The position numbers were made by a program, and so were the translations under genes. A stretch of 63,037 bases of DNA, counting the filler. It is 6 parts of 6 records of this genome, joined end to end, with 100 filler letters (N's around TTAATTAATTAA, not from the genome) between each part and the next. Parts side by side here need not be neighbours in the genome. Positions count along the whole stretch, not along the records: positions 42,122 to 57,893 come from SRR31156797_4022; positions 57,994 to 63,037 come from SRR31156797_4054; 4 more parts are not named here. One strand, given 5' to 3'. Shown one piece after another: positions 50,077 to 61,300 of this stretch. The stretch's first letter is position 1; each line of letters starts with the position of its first letter. The notes under the pieces were generated by a model. The model saw only the letters and a list, made by a program, of their open reading frames with translations, was not told the DNA's origin and made no database searches.

Positions 50077-50138
50077 ATTTTTTTCTAGTATTTCAAAATG
50101 ACAACTGTTCCTTGATTAAGAACAAATCATTACCAAAA

Positions 50139-51260
50139 TTATTTTCTCGCTCTAATCTGGCTAAAACCAATATTTAGTGCTTTCTGGAAATAACGAATGC
50201 TTTTCATCTCTTTGCTATTTACAATGGACAAAGAAACTCCCTCTTTACCTGCTCGAGCAGTACGCCCGCTGCGGTGAGTGTAGTACTCTTCCTTATCAGG
50301 CAACTGGTAATGAACCACAAATGCCAAATCTACCACATCAATTCCACGTGCAGCCAAATCAGTAGCAACTAAAACTCTAAGTTTTTCACCTTTAAAAGCA
50401 CGCATCACCTTGTTTCTCTCAATCTGCTTTAAATCGCCATGAATGGCATCTGCTTTTACTTTTTGCGCCTGCAATTGCTGATTCAATTTGATAGCCATTT
50501 CCTTTGTTTTGCAAAACACAACACCTCTAGCTTTGGTATCTGCTTTTAAAAACTGCATCAATACAGAAAGCTTCTCAACATCATCGCAAAGTACAAACTG
50601 GTGTTTGATATTTTTGTTCACCACATTTCTTCCACTAACCTCAATTTTATGAGCTTTTGGAGAAAACTGACGCTTGATTATTTGTTTGATTCCATCAGGC
50701 ATGGTCGCCGAAAACAACCACTTGTTCTCAACATTCGACAAATAAGTTAATATTTCGTTTAACTGATCCTTAAATCCCATGCTCAACATTTCATCCGCCT
50801 CATCCAAAACAACTGTTTTCACATGAGTCAAATCAACTGCCTTACGCTTTACCAAATCGATTAAACGACCTGGAGTAGCCACAATAATTTGAGTAGGACG
50901 ACGCAATGCACTAATCTGTTTTTCAATTGGTTCTCCACCATAAACACATTCGGTAAATACCTTATCGGTGTATTTGGTGAATTTGAACAATTGCTTGGCT
51001 ATTTGTAATCCCAATTCACGTGTAGGACAAAGAATTAAACCTTGTACCTTATCCGACTTAGGGCTAATTCTGTGTAGTAATGGCAATCCAAAAGCAGCAG
51101 TTTTACCTGTACCTGTTTGTGCCTGACCAATTAAATCGGTATTTGCATTCATCAAAACCGAAATAACTTCTGATTGTATCTGTGTAGGCTCAATAATATT
51201 TAGATCATTCAATCCCTTAACAAGATTCTTACTGATGCCCAGTTCTTTAAAATTTTTCAC
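50139..51260 (-). CDS. DEAD-box RNA helicase (core only)
   Basis: AQTGTGKT, PTREL, DEAD, SAT, HRSGRTAR; GTG start; TATCTTTG promoter element at 51284-51291. Confidence 0.96.
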   Translation of the reverse strand: MKNFKELGISKNLVKGLNDLNIIEPTQIQSEVISVLMNANTDLIGQAQTGTGKTAAFGLPLLHRISPKSDKVQGLILCPTRELGLQIAKQLFKFTKYTDKVFTECVYGGEPIEKQISALRRPTQIIVATPGRLIDLVKRKAVDLTHVKTVVLDEADEMLSMGFKDQLNEILTYLSNVENKWLFSATMPDGIKQIIKRQFSPKAHKIEVSGRNVVNKNIKHQFVLCDDVEKLSVLMQFLKADTKARGVVFCKTKEMAIKLNQQLQAQKVKADAIHGDLKQIERNKVMRAFKGEKLRVLVATDLAARGIDVVDLAFVVHYQLPDKEEYYTHRSGRTARAGKEGVSLSIVNSKEMKSIRYFQKALNIGFSQIRARK

Positions 51261-51373
51261 GACTCTTCATTTAAAATGATGCGCAAAGATAAGCGAAACA
51301 ATTCAATATTAGGACTGATTAAATGGTAAATGCAAAAGAATGAATAATACTGAAGAATAATACTAAATATAAC

Positions 51374-51913
51374 TTACTGAAATAATCTTCTTTCTTCTTC
51401 ATTTTCGATCTCCATTTCCTGAAGTAGAGTGATTTTATATGGAAAATTCTTCCCTATAATATACAAGGTAACAAACCACGGAATGAACCAAAAAAAATCT
51501 TTTGTAATTAGGTAAGACAATAAAGAGGCAACTCCAGCCGTACATGCTAAGAATAGGCTAAAAAAATATGCTTTTCTAAACTTTTTTAACTTTTCCTCTA
51601 AATCCTCTAACAGCTTAATGTAACTAACTCTACTTCGATACAATAATTCTGCAGCTAGTAATATACCTGCAATTAAAGTTAATCCTAAAACATTTATAAC
51701 AAAACCGAATGAAATAGCACTTTTAAAAGGAAAGTTAAGTTCATTGTGAATAATATACACTCCCAGAACAAACTGAATACAAATGGCAATGCTAAAAAGC
51801 ACCAATAATCCCAACATTGTCTTTTCGACAAGTTTTTTCATCTCTTTCATAACGAATTGAAGTAATAAAAATACTGATATTATAGTGGGATAATACAAGT
51901 ATAAGAAGATCAA
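51374..51913 (-). CDS. Hypothetical membrane protein
   Basis: Four hydrophobic segments; the true start is probably downstream (MKEMKK). Confidence 0.6.
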   Translation of the reverse strand: MIFLYLYYPTIISVFLLLQFVMKEMKKLVEKTMLGLLVLFSIAICIQFVLGVYIIHNELNFPFKSAISFGFVINVLGLTLIAGILLAAELLYRSRVSYIKLLEDLEEKLKKFRKAYFFSLFLACTAGVASLLSYLITKDFFWFIPWFVTLYIIGKNFPYKITLLQEMEIENEEERRLFQ

Positions 51914-52085
51914 ATAGGAATACTGTAAGGAAACAGATGTATCAAACTTAAATTATAGTTTTTTAACACTCAAACGTTTGCGGAATTGTCATATATTCAA
52001 TGTTAATCCTTTGTTAAACATTAATCCATTTCTTGTCATTTAAGTTTTAATCTGTAGTTTTGGAATAGAATAATGCACTCAAAAT

Positions 52086-52460
52086 ATGCAAACAAAGAAA
52101 TTTGGACATATTATCATGATCTTTCTTCTGCTAATCTCAACGGCAGGAGTGATTGTCAATAAGCATTATTCCGGAGGCGAACTCTACTCCTCTGCTATTT
52201 TTGTTGATGCAGATTCATGTTGTGAAAATCCATGTGGCTGTTGCGATGAAAAATCGGAACATCTTAAAGTTGAAGCAGATTATATAGCTTCTTCTTTCGA
52301 TTTATCGGAAATTGCACAATTGGATCTATTGTTTTCAAACATTCCTTCGTTGATGGATTTTGAAAGCACTCAACTGATCACCAATAATTTTATTCTTGAG
52401 GACACCTCTCCTCCTCCATTGCCTGATTTGTGCATATTGAATCAGGTTTTTCGTTTATGA
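52086..52460 (+). CDS. HYC_CC_PP-like small Cys-rich protein
   Basis: STAG..VNKHYSGG, SCC..CGCC, SPPP, ends VFRL; TAGTTTTG promoter element at 52055-52062; upstream of a metal-efflux operon. Confidence 0.75.
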   Translation: MQTKKFGHIIMIFLLLISTAGVIVNKHYSGGELYSSAIFVDADSCCENPCGCCDEKSEHLKVEADYIASSFDLSEIAQLDLLFSNIPSLMDFESTQLITNNFILEDTSPPPLPDLCILNQVFRL

Positions 52461-52499
52461 TTTTGACAGTGTATTCTTTGTGTTAAATAAATTGTTTTT

Positions 52500-52603
52500 A
52501 CCACAAAGGACGCCAAAGTTCAACACGAAGTATCACAAAGAATTCAGTGCTCTGTATTTTCCTTTGTGTTTCTTTGTGACACCCTTAGAGCTTCCTTTGT
52601 GGT
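52500..52603. repeat. REP-like long hairpin
   Basis: Perfect 11-bp outer IR ACCACAAAGGA / TCCTTTGTGGT, with inner CACAAAG / CTTTGTG repeats. Confidence 0.7.
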
Positions 52604-52619
52604 TAATCCACGAGAAAAT

Positions 52620-55600
52620 ATGCTAAATAAAATTATCAAATTCTTTTTAGAGAATAAGCTGATTACGACCATACTATTGGTTGTTTTCATCACCTGGGGA
52701 TTGATTACATCACCATTCCCATGGAAAATTGATTTTCTACCAAAAGATCCGGTGGCAGTTGATGCCATTCCCGATATTGGAGAGAATCAACAAATTGTAT
52801 TTACAAAGTGGGCGGGTCGCTCTCCTCAGGATATTGAGGATCAAATTACCTATCCATTAACGACATCATTGTTGGGAATTCCAGGTGTTAAAACCATACG
52901 CTCCTCTTCCATGTTTGGATTTTCGAGTATCTACATCATTTTCGATGACGAGATAGAATTCTATTGGAGTAGATCCCGAATACTGGAGAAACTAAATTCC
53001 TTACCGCAAAACCTTTTGCCAACGGATGTACAGCCCACGCTAGGACCAGATGCCACAGCTCTAGGACAAATCTTCTGGTACACATTGGAAGGAAGAACTC
53101 CCGATGGTGAAGTAACAGGAGGTTGGGATTTACAGGAACTGAGGAGCGTTCAGGATTTCCAAGTAAAGTATTCTTTGGCTTCCGCCGATGGGGTATCCGA
53201 AGTAGCTTCCATAGGTGGATTTGTAAAGGAATACCAGGTAGATGTAGATCCTACAGCCATGCAGGCTCACGGTGTTAACCTGATGCAGATTATGAATGCC
53301 GTGAAAAAATCCAATTTGGATATTGGTGCTCGAACCATAGAAATCAATCAGGCAGAATACTTTGTGCGAGGCATTGGCTATGTGAAAAAACTGTCGGATA
53401 TAGAAGAGGCTGTTGTAAGCCTTAGGGATAATACTCCAGTTCGCATTCGCGATGTTGCCAAAGTGAATTACGGTCCATCCGATCGTCGTGGTGCACTCGA
53501 TAAAATGGGTGCTGAAGTGGTTGGCGGTGTTGTAGTTGCCCGTTATGGTGCAAATCCATTGAAAGTAATCAACAATGTAAAAGCAAAAATTGAAGAACTA
53601 TCTGTCGGACTACCTGAAAAAGAATTGGCTGATGGCTCAGTTTCAAAACTTACGGTTGTTCCTTTTTACGATAGAACCCAGCTGATATATGAAACCTTGG
53701 GAACACTAGAGAGTGCGCTTACCTTGGAAATCATTATCACCATCATTGTCATCATTATCATGGTACTGAATTTACGAGCGAGCATTTTGATCTCAGCTTT
53801 AATTCCAATTTCGGTGTTGATGACCTTTATTGCCATGCGTTACTTTAATGTCGATGCCAATATTGTTGCCCTTTCGGGGATAGCCATTGCCATTGGAACC
53901 ATTGTTGATGTGGGAATTGTGCTCTCCGAGAACATGATCAGGCATTTGGAACTCAACAAATCTGGTAAGAACATACGAGAAGTGATTTATGAAGCAACAA
54001 AAGAAGTTGCTCCTGCAGTTATTACAGCAGTACTTACAACCATTGTAAGCTTTATTCCAGTTTTTTCGATGGAAGCTGCAGAAGGAAAATTGTTCCGACC
54101 ATTGGCTTTTACCAAAACCTTTGTTTTGTTCGCGGCATTGCTGGTAGCAGTTGTTATATTGCCTGCCATGGCTCATTGGTTATTTGCCATTAAAACGGAT
54201 AAGAGAAAAATAAAGATTGCTTTAAATGGAGTATTGATTCTATTGGGAATCTATACGCTGATTGCCGTATCTGCATGGATTGGAATCACCTTAATTCTAT
54301 TAGGCGGCATCAATCTGGCAGCCCAATACATCAAGCAATATCAAAAGCAATTGTTCTGGGGAAATATATTGGTCATTGCATTGGCTGTTTCTTTTCTGCT
54401 AGCCAGAGAATGGTTGCCATTGGGCGCTTCGAATTCTCTCTTTGCCAATTTCCTTTTCGTTATTATTAGTATTGCATTACTGCTGACCGTCTTTTTGGTT
54501 TTCATCCGATTCTATCAAAGAATATTGAATTGGGCACTGCGATATAAATTCATCTTCCTATCCATTCCATCTCTCATTGTTATTTGGGGAATTATCATTT
54601 GGTTGGGGTTTGGAAATACCTTTGGCTTTGTTGCCCGTGGATTGGATAAAGTTGGAATCAATATCGCATCAACATCTGTGTGGCAGAAGATGTATCACAA
54701 GTACCCAGGTATTGGTAAGGAATTTATGCCTGCTTTGGATGAAGGATCATTCCTTTTGATGCCAACATCAATGCCACATTCTGGGATTGAGGAGAACAAG
54801 CGAGTATTGCGATTGCTGGACATGGCAGTTGCTGGTATTCCTGAAATTGATATGGTGGTGGGAAAACTGGGACGAGTTGAATCAGCTCTCGATCCTGCGC
54901 CAATTTCGATGTACGAGAATGTAATCAATTACAAAAGTGAGTACAAGACGGATCAATACGGAAAACGAATTCGTTTTGCGGTAGATGATGAAGGCAATTA
55001 TCTGAAAGATGAAAAGGGTGAGCTAATTCCTGATGATTTCGGAGAATTTTATCGTCAGTGGAGAGATCACATTCAATCGCCCGATGACATATGGCAAGAG
55101 ATTGTGAATGCCACTAAAATTCCGGGTGTTACTTCTGCACCTAAGTTGCAACCTATCGAAACACGATTGGTAATGTTGCAAACGGGCATGCGCGCACCAA
55201 TTGGAATTAAAGTATCGGGAAGTAATCTGAAACAGATCGAAGCTTTTGGATTACAGTTAGAAAAACTGGTGAAAGATATTCCGGGAGTGAACGATGCCTC
55301 TGTTTTTGCAGAAAGAATGGTGGGAAAACCATACCTCGAAATTCATATCGACAGAACAGCCATTGCTCGTTATGGTATTCAGGTTGAAGATGTACAAAAA
55401 CATCTTTCCGTTGCCATTGGAGGAATGACTCTAACTAACACGGTAGAGGGGCGTGAGCGTTATCCGATAAGGGTTCGTTACCCAAGGGAATTGAGGAATG
55501 ATCCGGATATGCTGCAAAAGATTCTCATTCCAACAACAATGGGCAATTCGGTTCCTTTACAGGATTTGGCTGAAATCAAATATGTACAAGGTCCACAGGT

Positions 55601-56381
55601 CATTAAAAGTGAGAATACCTTTCAGGTGGGATATGTAATCTTCGATAAAGAAGAAGGATATTCGGAAGTGGATATTATTGAAGCCACACAAGAATTTCTT
55701 GCTGATAAAATTGAACAAGGTAAATTAAAAGTCCCTGCTGGAGTGAGTTATCAGTTTACAGGAAACTACGAAAATCAGATTAGAGCTGAGAAGCGATTAG
55801 GAATTGTTATTCCTGTTGTACTCGTTATCATCTTTCTAATTCTGTATTTCCAGTTTAGAGGCATTGCACCTACCCTTATGGTATTTAGTGGTATAGCAGT
55901 ATCCTTTGCTGGTGGATTTATCATGATCTGGTTATACGGACAAGATTGGTTCTTAGACTTCTCTGTATTCAGTATCAACCTACAGGAACTCTTTCAGGTT
56001 CATCCGATTTACTTGAGTGTAGCTGTTTGGGTTGGCTTTATTGCTTTATTTGGCATCGCTACAGATGATGGTGTAATTATGGCGTCTTATTTGGAGCAGG
56101 TATTCAAAAAGAACCAACCTAAAACCAAAGCTGACATCCGTAAATCTGTAATTGAAGCAGGATCGAAACGAATCAGACCTTGTTTAATGACCACAGCAAC
56201 TACCCTATTAGCATTGTTACCAATTTTAACATCAACCGGACGAGGTGCCGATGTTATGATACCAATGGCTATTCCAGCCTTTGGCGGTATGGCAATTGAA
56301 TTAATTACCCTATTTGTTGTTCCTGTTTTATATGCCATGTACAAGGAGTTTCAATTGAAAAAAGAAGGAGGTTTGTCATGA
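52620..56381 (+). CDS. cusA: CusA-type heavy-metal RND efflux transporter (Cu(I)/Ag(I)-like)
   Basis: DAIPDI, QITYPL, IAIAIG..VD..IV..EN, EG..FRPLAFTK. Met residues in LLMPT, APISM and RLVML correspond to the CusA Met triad. Start at ATG 52620. Confidence 0.9.
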   Translation: MLNKIIKFFLENKLITTILLVVFITWGLITSPFPWKIDFLPKDPVAVDAIPDIGENQQIVFTKWAGRSPQDIEDQITYPLTTSLLGIPGVKTIRSSSMFGFSSIYIIFDDEIEFYWSRSRILEKLNSLPQNLLPTDVQPTLGPDATALGQIFWYTLEGRTPDGEVTGGWDLQELRSVQDFQVKYSLASADGVSEVASIGGFVKEYQVDVDPTAMQAHGVNLMQIMNAVKKSNLDIGARTIEINQAEYFVRGIGYVKKLSDIEEAVVSLRDNTPVRIRDVAKVNYGPSDRRGALDKMGAEVVGGVVVARYGANPLKVINNVKAKIEELSVGLPEKELADGSVSKLTVVPFYDRTQLIYETLGTLESALTLEIIITIIVIIIMVLNLRASILISALIPISVLMTFIAMRYFNVDANIVALSGIAIAIGTIVDVGIVLSENMIRHLELNKSGKNIREVIYEATKEVAPAVITAVLTTIVSFIPVFSMEAAEGKLFRPLAFTKTFVLFAALLVAVVILPAMAHWLFAIKTDKRKIKIALNGVLILLGIYTLIAVSAWIGITLILLGGINLAAQYIKQYQKQLFWGNILVIALAVSFLLAREWLPLGASNSLFANFLFVIISIALLLTVFLVFIRFYQRILNWALRYKFIFLSIPSLIVIWGIIIWLGFGNTFGFVARGLDKVGINIASTSVWQKMYHKYPGIGKEFMPALDEGSFLLMPTSMPHSGIEENKRVLRLLDMAVAGIPEIDMVVGKLGRVESALDPAPISMYENVINYKSEYKTDQYGKRIRFAVDDEGNYLKDEKGELIPDDFGEFYRQWRDHIQSPDDIWQEIVNATKIPGVTSAPKLQPIETRLVMLQTGMRAPIGIKVSGSNLKQIEAFGLQLEKLVKDIPGVNDASVFAERMVGKPYLEIHIDRTAIARYGIQVEDVQKHLSVAIGGMTLTNTVEGRERYPIRVRYPRELRNDPDMLQKILIPTTMGNSVPLQDLAEIKYVQGPQVIKSENTFQVGYVIFDKEEGYSEVDIIEATQEFLADKIEQGKLKVPAGVSYQFTGNYENQIRAEKRLGIVIPVVLVIIFLILYFQFRGIAPTLMVFSGIAVSFAGGFIMIWLYGQDWFLDFSVFSINLQELFQVHPIYLSVAVWVGFIALFGIATDDGVIMASYLEQVFKKNQPKTKADIRKSVIEAGSKRIRPCLMTTATTLLALLPILTSTGRGADVMIPMAIPAFGGMAIELITLFVVPVLYAMYKEFQLKKEGGLS

Positions 56382-57850
56382 GATTAAATGCAATTAATTT
56401 ACGAAACACCCCTCTTTCCGATAGCTATCGGGACTTTCGGACTCCCGAAAGCTTTCGGGATTCCCTAAAAAGGGAGAAACAAAAATCAAATATAATTCCT
56501 AACATTATGAATATGCCTTTAAATAAAACATCTTTACCTAGTAGGGAAAGTGCCGATAGGCGAAAGGGTGTACAAACCTTTTATAAGTTCCTACTATGTG
56601 TTGGCATACTAATCTCTTGTATTTCTATTAAGGCTCAGGAAGTAAATCCTGAATTGCAACAATTCATCGACTTTGCGATTGAAAATAATCCAAATTTAAA
56701 GGCAATGGATTTGAAATATCAGCAAGCACTGGAGAGAGTTCCACAGGCTAAGGCATTGCCGGATCCAACATTCTCAGCTGGTATTTTTATACAGCCAATT
56801 GAGACAAGAGTTGGAGCTCAAAAAGCAAAGCTTTCCATTTCACAAATGTTTCCTTGGTTTGGCACTTTAAATGCAAAAGAGCAGCAAGCTAGTCTGCAAG
56901 CACATGCCGTTTATCTGAAATACCTAGATGCAAAATCAGCTTTGGAGATGAAGGTAAACACTGCATGGTTAGATTTGATTCTTACCGATAGAAAGATTCT
57001 TTTCACTCAAAAAAGAGTTGAAATTCTTGATGTTTTGGAAAAGCAAAGTTTGAGTCGCTATGAAAGCAATCAAACCGATATGGTGAATGTACTTTACATT
57101 CAAATGCTGAAAGAAGAATTGATTTCAAAACTGGAATTGTTCAAAGATAAACGTGAAACTCAACTCGTTGCATTCAATCAATTGTTGAACAGAGATCAGA
57201 AAACTGGAGTAATTACACCAAGTGATGATTCATTTCTGATTTTGTCCACGATTAATATGAGTGATACTGATTTCTCAAATCACAACAGGATTAATTCCTG
57301 GAACAAACTTGTAGAGTCAGCACAGTATGCCGAAAAAGCATCCAAGTTAAATGGATTACCAAAACTGGGACTGGGTCTGGATTACGCTATTCTTTCGAAA
57401 CGATCAGACATGGATCTTGCGGACAACGGACAAGATGCAATTATGCCAATGATATCGGTAAGTATTCCAATTTTTAGGAAGAAGTACAAAGCAGCAACAA
57501 AAGTTACTCAACTTCGACAAGTACAGTTTGAAGAAGAAAAGCAAGCTGAATTGAATCAATTGGCTTTGGAAAAACAAAAGGCTTTTGAGTTGTACAAATC
57601 TGGAGTAAGAGATACTGAACTGTATCAAAACCTGCTAATCAAAGCCAAACAATCCTATGAGATTTTATCAAGTAGTTACGAAAGCTCAACCAAACGGTAC
57701 GAGGAGGTTTTAAATATGCAGCAGAAGATCTGGATTTATGAACAGAAGCAAATTGAAGCACAAATCAAGGTTCAGAAAAGTTTAGCACAATTCAAATATC
57801 TTGACGCCAATCAAAGTCTGGAAAAGTCAAATAGTAAAAAAGTCGAATAG
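56378..57850 (+). CDS. TolC-family outer-membrane efflux protein with a repeat-derived N-terminal extension
   Basis: NNPNLKA, LPDP, QMFPWFG, SIPIFR motifs; ATGA overlap with the cusA stop. Confidence 0.88.
   Translation: MRLNAINLRNTPLSDSYRDFRTPESFRDSLKREKQKSNIIPNIMNMPLNKTSLPSRESADRRKGVQTFYKFLLCVGILISCISIKAQEVNPELQQFIDFAIENNPNLKAMDLKYQQALERVPQAKALPDPTFSAGIFIQPIETRVGAQKAKLSISQMFPWFGTLNAKEQQASLQAHAVYLKYLDAKSALEMKVNTAWLDLILTDRKILFTQKRVEILDVLEKQSLSRYESNQTDMVNVLYIQMLKEELISKLELFKDKRETQLVAFNQLLNRDQKTGVITPSDDSFLILSTINMSDTDFSNHNRINSWNKLVESAQYAEKASKLNGLPKLGLGLDYAILSKRSDMDLADNGQDAIMPMISVSIPIFRKKYKAATKVTQLRQVQFEEEKQAELNQLALEKQKAFELYKSGVRDTELYQNLLIKAKQSYEILSSSYESSTKRYEEVLNMQQKIWIYEQKQIEAQIKVQKSLAQFKYLDANQSLEKSNSKKVE
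56406..56571. repeat. REP-like palindromic elements inside the TolC coding region
   Basis: Perfect palindromes CCGATAGCTATCGG (56418-56431) and TCCCGAAAGCTTTCGGGA (56443-56460), nested in an ACACCCC...AGGGTGT outer pair. Confidence 0.75.
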
Positions 57851-57863
57851 TCCAATTTTGAAA

Positions 57864-57893
57864 CTTGAGGCTTGAGGCTTGAGGCTTGAGGCT
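57864..57893. repeat. Heptamer tandem repeat (CTTGAGG)x4+
   Basis: Four exact copies plus CT, running into the contig end. Confidence 0.9.
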
Positions 57894-57993
57894 NNNNNNN
57901 NNNNNNNNNNNNNNNNNNNNNNNNNNNNNNNNNNNNNTTAATTAATTAANNNNNNNNNNNNNNNNNNNNNNNNNNNNNNNNNNNNNNNNNNNN
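57894..57993. other. Artificial contig linker
   Basis: N44-TTAATTAATTAA-N44. Confidence 0.99.
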
Positions 57994-57994
57994 T

Positions 57995-58174
57995 ACTGGT
58001 GACACAGGAAACACTGGAGATACCGGAAACACAGGAAATACTGGCAATACGGGATCCGACATTGACCAGGTAGACGATTTTGATAGTGGTGATACAGATG
58101 TTGATGATGTAGACGTGAATGATCCTTCGGTTGGTTTACAAGGTTCAGGCTCAGGTTGTTCACTAATCTTTTAA
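57995..58174 (+). CDS. C-terminal fragment of a surface protein: (TGD/TGN)n linker, acidic tract, GSGCSLIF-COOH
   Basis: Manual translation: TGDTGNTGDTGNTGNTGNTGSDIDQVDDFDSGDTDVDDVDVNDPSVGLQGSGSGCSLIF*. Synonymous codons vary between the repeats. Confidence 0.8.
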   Translation, partial: TGDTGNTGDTGNTGNTGNTGSDIDQVDDFDSGDTDVDDVDVNDPSVGLQGSGSGCSLIF

Positions 58175-58313
58175 ATGGCAATATTCTTTAGTGGAATCAG
58201 GTAGATACACTTCTAGCTGAAGTTTGGTTTAATCAAGTTTTTTCTTGTTAAAATTTTCAAAACAAGCTATAATTCATCGTTCTATCTTTAGTATTTCATT
58301 TTTGGAGGACGCC

Positions 58314-61300
58314 ATGAGGAAATTTTTAGTTTTAATTATGTTTATTTTGTTTGCTAGTTACGTATCTGCCCAAACTATTTATGTAAATAGTTCCACAGGA
58401 GATGATACGACAGGAGATGGTGGCACATTAAATCCTTATAAAACATTTCACAAAGGTTACACCACGGTTACTTCAGGGGGAACTCTTGACCTGACGGGAA
58501 TATTTACATGGACAGATGCTGATGAGCTTGGAGATGTTGCAACAAATGGTTATGTGTTAGGAAAAAACATTACGATTCAGGGGCAGGGAGCCAGTTCGAC
58601 CATTATTCAGGCAGCTTCTACAGCAAATTCGGCGGACAGGAGAATTTTTACAATAAATTCTTCTTATACTATTAACATTAAGGATATCACTTTACGACAT
58701 GGGAACCTTACCAGCAATGGACGAGGTGGAGCAATTAGTATAGGCTCAGTAACAACAGATATTACAATTGACAGCTGTATTCTTGAAGATAATACTGCCA
58801 GTTCCAGTTCTTATTCATACTCTTATGGTGGTGGTGCAATATATTGTAATAACTCCAATGCATCTGGAGGGCAGGTGATTGTAAAAAATTCCATTATTCG
58901 GAATAATACATCAGCAAATTGTTGGGGCGGTGCAATTTATCACTATCGTGGATCAAGCGGAACAAGTTCTATAGTGATTGAAAACAGTACAATAAATGGA
59001 AATACGGCAGCGCAAGGTACAGTTCTTGCTGGTTATTATGGAGCCTATAAAATCACTAACAGTACGATAACTGGAAATTCGGGATCTACCAGTATTATTA
59101 TGTCAAATCACGGTTATGGACAGTTCTATATGACCAATGTTACATTTGCATACAATTCTCTTGGAACAAGTGGTCGAGGTTTATATCTTGAAAATGTTGG
59201 AGATATAGGAATAAAGAATTCAATACTTGCCCAGAATAAAAGGACGGATAATAGCATATATGATTACTACAGGACAAGTGGAACTCTGAACACAAGTGCT
59301 AATAATATTATTGAAGTGCAGGAAGTAAATGATTTTACAAACGGGGTTGATGGAAATATTGTGGGAGAGCAGAACTGTTTGGGTCTTTCAAGTGCACTTG
59401 ATTTAAACGGATCTACAGGGATTAGTCCGACTCTTGCGTTAACAGCGAATAGTATTGCAATTAATGGCGGAACCACCACAGCTAACGGCAGTATTTCAAT
59501 TCCTGCATTAGATCAGAGAGGAACTGCCAGATTAAATGAAACAGATATCGGCGCTTATGAATTTGTCGGAACGCCTGTGACACCGGAAATAACAGTTGGT
59601 GAAACTTCTTTATCCGGATTTGATTATTCTACAGGTTCCGGTCCGAGTGATTCTCAAACTTTTGATGTCTCAGGTATTGACCTGGTGGATGATATTGAAA
59701 TTACTGCTCCGTCAAGTTATGAAGTTTCAGATGATGATGTTTCATACAGCAGTTCTATCACACTGACTCAAGTTGGAGGAACTGTTTCATCAACATTGAT
59801 TTATGTAAGGTTAAAGTCAGGTTTAAGTGCCGGAGCATACAATGAAGCCGCCACAGTCAGCACAGCTTGTGATGAAGAAACCGTAACACTGAATGGTACT
59901 GTTGCAGCAGCGGAACTTCCAACAGTTACCACTCAGGCCGTTATATTGATTTCAAGTACAACAGCTACAGGAAATGGAACTATTACAGATTTGGGTTTTC
60001 CAAACCCAACGGCTCATGGTATATGTTGGAGTATAGATGAAAATCCTACAACTTCAGATAGCTGTGTCGATAATGGTGCAGCTTCAGCTACTGGTGCATT
60101 TTTGGCATCAATGAATTCATTAACTCCAGGAACATTATATTATGTGCGTGCTTATGCAACAAACAGCACTGGAACAAGCTATGGTACTCAAGTTAACTTT
60201 ACAACCTTAAAAATTACCCCGACAGTAACAGCGTGGCCTACGGCAAGTGCTATAAGTTATGGACAAGCCCTTTCAGCTTCCGTATTAACCGGAGGAACAG
60301 CCTCAGTTGAAGGGTCCTTTGCTTTTGATAGTCCAGTTACTGTCCCTAATGTAGGTACCGTTGATTATGCGGTAACTTTTATACCCACAAATATAGCTAA
60401 CTATAACACTGTAGCAGGTACGGTGAGTGTTACAACAAATAAGGCAATACCAGTAATCACATGGAATGATCCTGCAGATATTGACTATGGAACAGCACTT
60501 GACGGCACTCAGCTTAATGCGACAGCTGATGTAGCGGGTTCATTTGTCTACACTCCTGCAGCAGGAACTGTTCTCGACGTAGGATTTGCTCAGGCCCTTA
60601 AGGCTGATTTCACACCTGCTGATATGACCAATTATGAAATAACCTCAAAAGAAGTTGTGATCAATGTAGCTACAGTTGAGCTTACAGTCACCGCCGATGA
60701 TAAAGAAAGAGATTTCAGTGCAGCGAATCCTGCTTTCACTATCACTTACAGCGGTTTTGTAAATGCTGATACGGAAGGAACCCTTGATATAGCACCGGTA
60801 GCAACCACCACAGCGGACATTGATTCTCCGGCAGGAGATTATCAGATAACAGTGAGTGGAGGCGTTGATAACAACTACACTTTCAGTTATGTTGCAGGAA
60901 ATTTAAAGATCAATGCAGTTGCACCATCAGTAACAACTGGTTCAGCAACTGATATTACAATAAATTCCGCTAAGGTTGGAGGAACCATAACCAGTAACGG
61001 TGGTTTAGAAATTTCAGCAAAGGGAGTTTGTATCTCTGAAACAGAGAATCCTGACAATACTGACACATGTCTGCTTGATAGTTCAGAGAATGATTCATTT
61101 ATAATTGAATTTACATCGCTTACAGCGGGAACAATTTATCACGCAAGGGCTTTTGCAACGAATTCAGTTAGCACGACTTACGGTAATGACATTAGTTTTA
61201 CAACTGTTGCTCAATTTACACTGACCTACACGGCAGGAGCCAATGGATCTCTTAGTGGTGCTCTTGAGCAGACTGTTGAGGAAGCCCAGTCAGGAACAGC

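Noticed and set aside
52566-52619. Extended cusA N-terminus in the ORF track
   Set aside because: It derives from the REP-like hairpin. ATG 52620 (MLNKIIKFF) matches typical CusA starts.
19087-57993. Recurrent TTAATTAATTAA within N-runs, and ORFs that cross them
   Set aside because: These are artificial six-frame-stop linkers. They are not biological, and cross-linker neighbourhoods are meaningless.
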